From Sphaerodactylus townsendi (lineage: Eukaryota), in assembly GCF_021028975.2 (NCBI RefSeq), contig NC_059428.1, positions 109,864,001-109,928,000 on the forward strand: a DNA stretch of 64,000 nt, written 5' to 3'. The position numbers and the translations under genes were made by a program. Position 1 is the stretch's first letter. Every line of letters starts with the position of its first letter. Under the pieces are notes generated by a model that saw nothing but the letters and a program-made list of their open reading frames with translations, was not told the DNA's origin and made no database searches. Shown piece by piece: positions 39,242 to 49,215 of the stretch.

Positions 39242-42161
39242 ATAAGAACATAAGAACAAGCCAGCTGGATCAGACCAAAGTCCATCTAGTCCAGCTCTCT
39301 GCTACTCGCAGTGGCCCACCAGGTGCCTTTGGGAGCTCACATGTAGGATGTGAACGCAATGGCCTTCATGCAAGTGCTGTTGCTCCCGCCATCACCTGGT
39401 TGCTGTTGAAGGCATTGTTGCGTAACCTCAGATCAAGAAGGATCAGAGATTGCAGCCATAGATCGACTTCTCCTCCATAAATCTGTCCAAGCCCCCCCTT
39501 TTGCAAAGCTATCCTCCCAGGTTAGTGGCCATTGTCACCACTCCCTCCACCGCGGTGGCAGCATATTCCAAACACCAATCACACTTTGCGTGAAGAAGTG
39601 TTTCCTTTTATTAGTCCTAATTCTTCCCCCCAGCATTTTCAATGAATGTCCCCTGGTTCTAGTATTGTGAGAAAGAGAGAAAAATGTCTCTCTGTCAACA
39701 TTTTCTACCCCATGCATAATTTTGTAGACTTCTTAATCATGCTCCATCCCCCCCTCAGCCGCCTCCTCTCCAAACTAAAGAGTCCCAAACGCTGCAGCCT
39801 CTCCTCATAGGGAAGGTGCTCCAGTCCCTCAATCATCCTTGTTGCCCTTCTCTGCACTTTTTCTATCTCCTCAATATCCTTTTTTTGAGATGTGCGGCGA
39901 CCAGAACTGGACATAGTACTCCGGTCGCGGTCGCATTCTCACTGCCTTTATATATAAGGCATGACAAATTAACTTTTTGCCCAGTTTTATTCTCAATTCC
40001 TTTTCTAATGATCCCAAAGTATAGAGATGATTTGCCTTTTCACATAGCTGCCGTGCATTGAGTTGAGCATTCTGGGCATGGAACTATCAACTAAGACGCT
40101 TCTAAATCCCTTTCACTGGTCTGTGACTGATAGCACTTTGGACTTCCCTGTAGCTGTTGTATGTGTGAAATTTGGATTTTTTGCTCCCTAAGTGTGCATC
40201 ACTTAACTATTTTGCCGTCAGACTATTGAACTGTGCATTTGCCATTTCTGGAGCCCACTCCACCTAATTTATCAAAGGTCCAAAGCTTGGAGCTCTTTCG
40301 CAATCCTTTGTGGTTCCCTACCACCCTACCATAATTTTGGTATCATCCTGCAAGAGCTTGGCACACCACATACCCACCCCTACTTCCAGGTCATTTATGA
40401 ATAGGTTAAAGAGCACATGGTCCCAAAAGCGGATCCCTCTGGGGGGGACACCTACTCCCGACATCTCTCCATTGTGAGAACTTCCCATTTACCAACCACT
40501 CCTTTTGTTTTCCCCTGTTTCCTCAACCAGTAGTTTTAATCCATAGGAGGGACTTCCCCTCTTATTCCTTCTTCATTAAGCTGAGTTTTTCTCAACAGTC
40601 TCTGGTGAGGAACTTTTGTCAAAAGCTCTTTGAAATCCAATGAACTAGACAATGTCCACCGGTTCACCCTCTGTCCACATGCCTGTTTCACACCCTTCTC
40701 AAAAGGAACTCTAGTAAGTTTGTAAGACAGGATTCTGCCTTCTCGCAAAAGCCATGGCTGACTCTTTCCTCAGCAGGTCTCTGCTTTTCTACATGTTTTA
40801 TAATTCTTATCTTTAATGATAGATTCTACTAATTTTACCAGGAACAGATGTCAAACTGACTGGCCTGTAATTTCCCGGGTCCCCCCTAGATCCTTTCTTT
40901 AAAGATTGGTGTGACATTGGCCATCTCTCCAGTCTCTCAGGGATGGAGCCTGATTTCAGGGATAAGTTGCATATTAAAGTGAGAAGATCAGCAATTTCAT
41001 GCTTCTTGAGCTCTTTTAAGAACCTCTTGGGTGAATGCAATCTGGGCACAGGGGATTTGGTAACATTTAGTTTATCAATGGCTGCCAGAACTTCTCTTTC
41101 CTTTGTCTACCACTATCTCTTCGCTTAGTTCCCTCCGGATTCAGCCTCCTAAGAAGCTTGGTTCAGGGGTGCAGGAATGTTCCTCACCTCCTCTTGGTGA
41201 AGACAACGGATGCAAAGAAATTCATTCAGCTTCTCTTGCAATCTCCCTGCCATCTTTTAGCACACCTTTTGTTCCTTTGTCATCTAATCCGGGTTTCCCA
41301 TACCAGCTTTCACTTGCTGGCTTCCTGCTTTTGATGTACTTGAAGAATCCTGCTTTTGTTGCTGGTCTCTCGATGTATTTCGTAGACCATGCGTTCCTCA
41401 TAATCCTTTTTTGCACTCCCTTACAGCTAACTTGCTTGCTACTTTGCCACCATTTGTGTTTCCCCTCTGGTATTCTTCATCAGCCATAATGAGCTGGACT
41501 TCTTCCATTTTCTAAAAGACATTTTCTTTTTTCTGATAATTTCCTCAAGCCTCCTCTCTTGTTAACCATGGTGGCTTTCTTTACTGGACTGTGTGCTGCC
41601 AGCACTCCTTTCTAACCTGTGGAACACATTCCAGCTGAGCTTTTATTACTGTGTTTTAAAATAACCTCCAAGCATCCCTGGACAGTCTTTGACTCTCTTT
41701 GGATTTTCCCTTTCAGCTTCCTGCAGCACTATCAACCTTCATCTCTTTACGAAGAGAATTTCCCTTTCTGAAGGCGGTAGATGTAACTACATTAGTGAGT
41801 TGCCACTTGTTCGCATGCTGAGAATCACTCGAATCGACGGACAGCATTGTGGTCAGCTTGTTCCCATCGGGCTCAACGCAACACTGACTTCCTGCACACC
41901 CAGGTCCTGGGTCCCACATAGAATTAGATCTAGGATCACCTCTCCCTGGTTGGTTCCACAACCATCTGCTCTAAGCCACAGTCATTTAGCATATCCAGGA
42001 ATGCTCTCTCTCCTTACTATGACCTGAACATGCATTTTTCCAGTTTATATGGGGATAGTTAAAATCACCCATTACCACTACATTGTTGTTTTTGTTGGCC
42101 TCTCTAATTTCTTTTTCCATCTCAGAATCCTCTTGTGCACTTTGGTCTGGGGGACGATAAT
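39242..42161 (-). mobile_element. 5'-truncated CR1 LINE inserted in the DIRS YR gene
   Basis: (TTCTTATG)n tail at 39242; ORF2 motifs [27 protein letters not shown] and YYRPPDQ (endonuclease); 5-bp direct repeat AACTC at 39237-39241 and 42162-42166. Confidence 0.93.
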
Positions 42162-42600
42162 AACTCTATGTGCCGAAGTGATGGCCACTAAAAACAACAC
42201 CTTCATCCGCAGCCATTTAAGGTGTATAGACTGCATTGGCTTGAAAGGCGATCTAGTTAAGGAAGAAAGAACAGCATGAAGGCGCCAGGACAGGAACCAG
42301 TGCACAATGGGGGGTTGAGACTGTTGGAGCCCCTTCAGGAATCTTGCTACATCAGGATGCCTGGTGATGGGAAACCCTTGAAACTCCGGCCAAACTGTCG
42401 CCAGAGCAGCCCACTGCCTACGAAGGGTGGAAGCTCGTAGTCCTGACTCGAAGCCGTCCTGGAGGAAGTCCATCACTACCAACAAAGAAGGAGGGTCTAA
42501 GGAAATCCGTTTCCTGCAACTCCAATGCACAAACGCTTTCCAAGAGCTATTATAAATACTGATGGTAGACCTGCGCCTAGCAGCTAGGATAGTAGAAGCC
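42162..42600 (-). pseudogene. DIRS tyrosine recombinase, N-terminal part (up to TSAHRV)
   Basis: ORF 42078..42530: DFLQDG...STLRRQWAAL...HPDVARFLKG...KVLFLVAITSAHRV; cut by the CR1 insertion. Confidence 0.88.
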
Positions 42601-42608
42601 CTTATCAG

Positions 42609-43256
42609 TCAGCCTGCGCCTTTCAATCTCCAAGCCGGATCCGGATGCCAGACTGGTCCCTGTGACAGCAAGTTGAGAATTACTGGAAGAGGAAAGGACT
42701 GCGTTATGCTCATCTCCAGAATGGATGATAGCCACAGTCTTCTGGGCCAATAGGGGGCCACTAAGATTACCTCTGCTCCGGTTTGGGCGATCTTCCTGAG
42801 GAGCCTGGGAATGACCTGGGTTGGCGGAAAGGCATAGAGAAGTCCCCTCAGCCGTGGAGCGGATAGGGCGTCGGTTGCCACTGCCCCACTGTGAAAGAAC
42901 CTTGTGATATAGAGAGGAAGCTGATGATTTTCTGGAGCAGCGAACAGGTCTATGAGAGGTTGAACCAGCCTGCGAACGATCTGTTGGAAAACCTCCTGCT
43001 TGAGCATCCACTCTGAGTTCTGAACCCTGCTCCTGCTGAGCCAATCCGCCGAAGTATTGAGAGATCCCTTGACATGCTCTGCAATCAGGGAGAGAAGGTG
43101 CCTTTTGGCCCACACCAGGATCCGGGAAGCCTCTTGGTGAAGAGCCGACGACCTGGATCCCCCCTGGTGATTCAGATAACATTTCGCCGATACATTGTCT
43201 GTGTGAATGACCACGTGCGACTGTATGATCTGCGGCAGAAAACGCTTCAGAGCCAA
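42609..43256 (-). pseudogene. DIRS RNase H C-terminal part plus DNA N6-adenine-methyltransferase-like domain
   Basis: HTDN...YLNHQGG...HVKGSLNTSADWLSR (RNase H), then IDLFA...LYAFPP...ILVAPYWPRRLW (DIRS methyltransferase-like domain). Confidence 0.88.
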
Positions 43257-44415
43257 CAGAATCGTCCTTGTTTCCAGTATGTTGATGGGTAACTTGGATT
43301 CGGCTTGAGTCTAAAGTCCCTGGGCAAAGCGGTTCTGAAGAATTGCTCCCCAACCTGAAAGGCGGGCATCAGTAAAGATGTGATATACCTGATAAGGGTC
43401 TGGAAGAATACCTTTCCCTGAGACAGATTCTGACGATGCGACCACCACAGCAGACTCATCCTGACGGAAGCGGTGACTTCCAAGAGACTATGTTGTTTCT
43501 TGGCGACCTGCAAGGCATAAGGCCGAAGAAGGAACTGTAATGCTCTGGTGCGAGCCCTGCCCCACTGCACCATGTCCGACACTGATAGCAAGGTGCCCAG
43601 CAGACTGGAGAGCTGAAGCATCAGAAGAGCCTTGGCCTGAATGGTCTTTTGGACTGCTTCCTGGATCTTCCGGATCTTTTCCTCTGGGACAAACAAAGCA
43701 CATCGATTAGTATCTATCACTGCACCTAGGTGCTCCAGATCTCGTCGGGGTCAAAACGCTCTTTTCCAGATTGACAACAAAGCCATGTTGTTCCAGAGTC
43801 TGTATGACCATCCGCGTGTCTTCCGAAGCTCGCTGGAGAGACCGGGCCCGGATCAGAATGTCGTCTAAGAAGGGGTAGACGTGCACCCTGTTCCTTCAAC
43901 AGAGCTATGGGAGCCAGTAACACTTTCGAAAAAACTCGCGGAGCTGTGGCCAGCCCGAATGGGAGAGCTGCATACTGGTAGTCTTCCTCTCTGATCGCGA
44001 ACCTCAAGAACTTGCGATGGACCACATTGAAGGGAACATGGAGATAAGCTTCCAATAAGTCCAGGGAAGTTAGAAAATCGTACCTCTGAATTGCAGCCAC
44101 TATGGAACGCAGGGTCTCCATTCTGAATCTGAAAATGCGCAAGTGACGATTGAGATGTTTTAAATTGAGAATGACACGCCTCTCTCCGTTTTTCTTGGGT
44201 ACCGAGAAAAGATGGGAATACACTCCGGAGTGATGTTGCTGTGTGGGCACTGACTCTATGGCTCGAATGTCCAGAAGATGGTGAATGGAATTGTGCATCA
44301 GCATCCGCATTGCCACATGGTCTGACAGAGGGGTCGGAATGATCACTGGCTTTGGCCAGGAGGCAAATTCGAGACAGTAACCAGAAGAAACAATTTCTAG
44401 AGTCCATTTGTCCAC
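43247..44415 (-). pseudogene. DIRS reverse transcriptase
   Basis: YSHLFSVPKKNG, RVILNLKHLN, LDLLEAYLHV, LPFGLATAPRVF; after a frameshift VYPFLDDILI (FLDD at 43860-43871). Confidence 0.92.
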
Positions 44416-44594
44416 ATGAGGGGCTTGCCAGTGTGCAGCGAAGGCTGCAAGTCATCCCCCTATCGGAAGAGTCCCAGTGTCACGCTGATTTTCCCTGCTG
44501 GGGACGGAAAGACCGATTTGTAGAGTTGCCAGTGGGTCGAAACTGTTGACGTCCGTGAGAGGATACAGATGGTCGCCAGTTGGAGCGTCTAGTT

Positions 44595-45028
44595 CAGGGG
44601 TAGGGAACCTTTAACACTCAAAGAGCCATTTGGACCCATTTTCCATGGAAAAAGAAAACACTTGGAGCCGCAAATAATTTTTGACATTTAAAATAAAGAT
44701 AACACTGTATATATTGGGGTTTTTTTACCTTTTACTCCGCTCATTCTGAGAAGCACATGGATGCATCCGCCCTGCTGCCTGCAGGGAGGGTAAGGATGGG
44801 GCCAGCGGCTCGGCCTTGCCGGCCGCCGGGAAAGTGCCCACCCCACTCCAACGGGGCAGGTGAGAGGGGAAGCCCGTGGCGTGGCCCAGCCGGCTGCAGG
44901 CAGTTGGTGCGCCCGCCCTGCTGCCTGCAGGATGGGCAAGGATGGGGCCAGCGGCTCGGCTTGTGGAGCCGCAGCGCAAGGGCAGAAGAGCCGCATGTGG
45001 CTCTCGAGCAGCAGGTTCCCTACCCCTG
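44595..45028. mobile_element. Non-autonomous hAT (Charlie-type) DNA transposon inserted in the DIRS
   Basis: Perfect 16-bp TIRs CAGGGGTAGGGAACCT / AGGTTCCCTACCCCTG; 8-bp TSD GTCTAGTT at 44587-44594 and 45029-45036. Confidence 0.95.
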
Positions 45029-45036
45029 GTCTAGTT

Positions 45037-46722
45037 TCTTCAGATGCCTTGGAAAGGAGCGAAAGGGACGAAAAGGTCGAGCAGCGGAGCGAAAAGGATG
45101 AGGCCTGTCACTGCGAACAGATTTGGGAAGAATCTTATGCTTGTCCTTGGATTCCATCAGGACACTGTCTAGGTCTTTTCCAAAAAGCTTGCCACCATGA
45201 AAGTCGAATCCAGCTACCACCGTCTTTGAATGCAAGTCAGCCTGCCAAGGCTTGAGCCAAAGAAGATGCCTGGCCACCGCAGCCGCTGTCAAGGATCTGG
45301 AAGAAACTAGAAGCCCATCAGAAGCCGCATCAGCCAGGAAGGAGACTGCAGAGATAACACACTCCACCCCCTCACAAAGCCCCTGACTTTCTGGGGGCAG
45401 GAGGGCCAGAATATGTCTAAGCCACGAGAGGGTTGCCAGCAAGACAAGGGCAGCTGGAGCTAAAATCTTGGAGGCAGTAGCCGAAGCCTTGTGGGCCTTT
45501 CGTAAAGCTGAATCAAATTTCTTGTCAACAGAGTCCTTAAGATAAGCCTCCCCATCCTTTGTGATTAGGCCGCCTGAGTGGAGGGAAGAAACAGGAGCAT
45601 CCACTAAGGGAACCTTGAGCATATCCTGGATATGCTGTGGGACTGGGTAGAGCTTCTTAAAAATAGTAGGCAAGGTCTTGGGAGCTGCCAGATTCTGCCA
45701 TTCCCTTCTCATGTTACGTTCATACAATGCAGGGATTGGGGAAAAATTAGTTGAAGTGCCCTCATGATGGAAAACCTCCTTGATGCCCCTGGGGCAGCCC
45801 TTGATGGGCCTGGACTCAGCAGAGGAAGTGGATCTAAAGCATCTTCCAGTCCTGCAGCTCCAAGTTCGAGATAGTTTTAGAAATCAGAAAGGGCAGGTCA
45901 TCCAAATTAAATAGCCTGTGTTTTTGTTCCTCTGGGGGGCCCCCTGTTCATCATTATCTGAAAAATGCTCAGAGGCCTGATCTACCTCACCTTCACTTAG
46001 CTCTCTCTCCCAAGAAGAGGACCTACAACTAACCAGCACACCACCAGGGGGAGATGGTGATCTATAATGCCTTCCCTGGATGGGAGATCTGGACCTGGAC
46101 CTATGACGCGAGGAGGGGAGGGCTCTGCCACAATAACTGCGGACCTCCGTGCGAATAGAATGACGCATAGCGTCCAAAAGAGCAGCAGCAGAGAAGGTTC
46201 GCCATCCCCCTAAATAATCCTGGGTCCCCAGCTCCCGCAAACTCCCCGATCTTGCCTGATCTGTGGGTCTGGGCCGTCCTCCAAAGCAGCAGGGCCTGCA
46301 GGAACCGGAGGCGCGACCTCTCCCTGCTGTGCTGAGGAATCATTGCGCTGGGAGACCTGCCCCGACTGGGGACTTCTGGGCGAATCAGCCCGACTATGGT
46401 GCTCGGTCCGCAGAAGCGCAGCTGCTTCATGCGCCCAAGAGGAGCCCTGCCCAGCCCCTCTCGCCAAGTCGTCAAAGCGCGCACTCAACCAAGCGGTTGA
46501 AGCCGGCGCTCGGGAATCCGCCGAAACTGCTCTTCTGCTGCGGGGAGCAGCAAGGTCGTCGAATGACCGCTCCAGCTGGCGTCCCCATGAGGTAAGCTTG
46601 TCAGCCCCGCTGCCAGAGCGCCCAGAGGCTGTTTTAGAAGCCTTCTTTGTGGCCTCTCGGGTGTTTTCAGCAGCTGATTTGATGAAGGAATCTCCCCTGG
46701 GGGAAAAAGAGCCTGATGCCAT
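45037..46722 (-). pseudogene. DIRS ORF1 (gag-like), frameshifted
   Basis: ATG at 46722 (MASGSFS...); fragments in ORFs 46210..46989, 45884..46240 and 45020..45727 with DIRS gag-like motifs (KVPLVDAPV, RHLLWLKPW, GGKLFG). Confidence 0.75.
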
Positions 46723-46974
46723 CTTGGGAGCTAGGCCCCTTTTGGCGGGAAAATAATAGCTGAGAGAAAGAATAGAAGAAAAAACAGCAAAAGAGATGGA
46801 ACTGCTCGACAGGGCAACCCTAAACAGCACAGAACACTGTAGAATAGAGAAAAGGTAGGAACAAGCAAAAAAAGACAAACTAGAGGTGAAAAAACGCACA
46901 GTTAACAAGAGCCTAGCGAATTGGTATGAACTCTCTGCGAGACAGGAAACATACTGGGGAAGGCGGCAATCAGT

Positions 46975-47404
46975 CAATTTCTGTCCCAAGCAGGAGCATC
47001 CTACTGAACGACTGTGGCATCATCTCGATGTGCGACGGGCATTGAAAGCCTTCAACATTCGAACTGAGGAGATTTGGAAGTCTGAGTCGTTGTTCATTAA
47101 TGTTATTCCTCCAAATTTAGGAAATCTGATATCCAAGGCAGCAATTAGTTCCACCATTAGAGCCTGTATAGTAGAGGCCCATAAGGCATTGGACATACCC
47201 ATTCCGCAGGGAATCACGGCCCATTCCACCAGGAGCGCGGCACCAAACGCCGCGCTCTATAAGCATGTTCCCTTAGAGGATATTTGCAGGGCAGCCACCT
47301 GGTCTACCCCTTTTTCGTTTGTACGGCACTATCAGTTGCGTACATCAACTGCAGTCCAAGCCTCCTTTGGCCAGAGGATTTTGGAGCATGTTGTCGGGGA
47401 TTAA
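46975..47404 (+). pseudogene. Inverted duplicate of the DIRS YR C-terminus
   Basis: ORF 46886..47404: LDVRRAL, AHSTR, DICRAATWS...FVRHY (catalytic H-x-x-R, W, Y); reverse complement of ~38650-39102. Confidence 0.92.
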
Positions 47405-47628
47405 TGTCGGCCCTCCCTATCTTTGGGACACTGCTGTAGGAGGACCCAGACAAGATGTCACCAGCCTCCATGAGAAAGGTCCATCGGATACTCACCGTGA
47501 AGAGTCTTTCTCATGGACGGCTAGGGTGACATCTTGGCCCTCCCTTGCCGACATTCTTTCCTGACGTAGTGTTCCGGGGTCCTTCGGTATGTATATTGTT
47601 ATAGTTCTTCTCAGGGGTTTAGTGATAG

Positions 47629-48273
47629 TGTTATGGAAAATATATTGATAAGTTGTGAGGTTTTCAGATATATATGCAGACTATATGCTATATGCTTGTG
47701 TGGTGTTAAGAAATATATATATAGCTATATGCTTCAGATATGAGTTCAAACTTTGCCCTAGCTATTTCAAGGTTGTTTATTAAACCGGATGCTTCTAGCT
47801 TGCATGGAAATAAGAAGTAGTGTGCCTGCGTGCAAGGAAAAGGGAACTGACACCATCATGTGAGGATCACTCACGGGTACATGGGTACAAAGTTGCCGTG
47901 AAATGGAAATAACCGTTGTGCTAGCTGGAAATAACCATTGCTCAATAACCTGTTGCTTAAAGTGGGTGAAACTAACAGAATAACAAGTTATGGGGATTTT
48001 TGGGGTGGGTTAGTAAAATTTGTAATACTGCCTTTTTAGGAAGATTGTGAGCCTTGGGTCAGCCCTAAGAGCCGTGTGGTGTCTTGGGATTGGTTCAAGA
48101 GACAGAGAGGGGATGCTTTAAATTGAGCTGCAGTGCGATGCAGACTTCAGAGAGCCACACCCTGATTCAGTTGGTTCTCTCCACCTCTATAGACGTGAAT
48201 AAACTGCTTACTGCTGACTGCTGCGTTTGTGAGTATTGATTTGATTGGGGATATCTGAAAATACTCCATAACA
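47629..48273 (+). mobile_element. Solo LTR (645 bp) inserted in the inverted DIRS duplicate
   Basis: TGTTATGGA...TCCATAACA termini; AATAAA near 48198; 4-bp TSD ATAG/ATTG; absent from the homologous arm at ~38420. Confidence 0.9.
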
Positions 48274-48454
48274 ATTGTTACTTGGTTTAAAATAGTTTTG
48301 TAGTTGTTATTGAGCCTACATCGGTCCTTCCTGAATGTGTTTTACCTTGTTTCTGGCTTTCGCTGGTTATCTGTTTTTTCCTCTGACTGATTTTTTCTGT
48401 ATAAGCTAATTATTTTCTCAGTGGTACGGTGGTATACTGTCATGCTCGGAGGTC

Positions 48455-48573
48455 AACATACTGGGGAAGGTGGCAATCAGTCAGGGCACAGGAAGTGATC
48501 GGAATTGGTTTCCTGCCTCTCGGAGAGTGGGCGGGAGCAACCCAGACAAGATGTCACCAGCCTCCATGAGAAA
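48455..48573 (-). repeat. DIRS 5' inverted terminal repeat; its inner 29 nt recur at 46948-46976
   Basis: AACATACTGGGGAAGG(T/C)GGCAATCAGTCA at both sites; ends in CCATGAGAAA, matching the ICR. Confidence 0.85.
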
Positions 48574-48724
48574 AATGGTAGTACATTAATAAAAAAACAA
48601 TGAAGGATTCAAGAGAACACTTGCAAACCGATACATACTACATATACAGCAGTATAGTTCAGTCCCATTCACTTCATAAAAGTACCTGCCAAACCCATTC
48701 CATTATAGTATAGCCCTAGTGCTC

Positions 48725-49215
48725 TACAGAAATGCCTTCCTTAACCCCTGTTTTACATACTCTGCAGAGAACAGAAGGGTAGGAGTCTTCCTAAACTTCT
48801 CAGACAGGATGTTACACAAGGTGGGGACCACAACACAGAATTGCTGATCTTGCCCATTTGCAGGGCAGCAACCACAGAATGCCCCGATCAGATGAGGGAA
48901 GGTGTCTTGGCAGAGCATACAAGAAGCAGCCTTCCAGATATGACGGCCCAAGGCCATGAAGGGCTTTAGATATGACAACCAGAACCTTGAATTGAACGTG
49001 GTAACTGATGAGCAGCCAATTATTGCAAAATGGGTGTAATATGCATGCCCCTCCCAGTTCCTGACAATAACTGTGCTGCAGCATTCTCTACCAACTGAGG
49101 AGTCAGCGCTGACTTCAAGGACAGACCCATGTAGAGTGGATTATAAAAGTCCAGTTTCCATGGAATGGATCCAGATGGCCAGGTAAGCCCAGTCAAGGTA
49201 CAGTCAAGGTACAGT
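48725..49215 (-). mobile_element. L2 LINE 3' fragment
   Basis: KLDFYNPLYMGL, QLVENAAAQLL, HITPILQ and VQFKVLV motifs. Confidence 0.8.

Larger units (their letters stand above)
38257..48573 (-). mobile_element. DIRS1-type tyrosine-recombinase retrotransposon (decayed, rearranged, with nested insertions)
   Basis: Order gag-like / RT / RNase H / methyltransferase / YR. ITR and ICR present. Both ends match the ICR junction, and a GAGAAA core sits at both host junctions (38257-38262, 48568-48573). Confidence 0.93.

Noticed and set aside
46886-47404. 172-aa plus-strand ORF with a tyrosine-recombinase catalytic C-terminus, as a domesticated gene
   Set aside because: It lacks the N-terminal half and first catalytic Arg, has a non-ATG start running across a rearrangement junction, and differs from the other arm only by non-synonymous changes.
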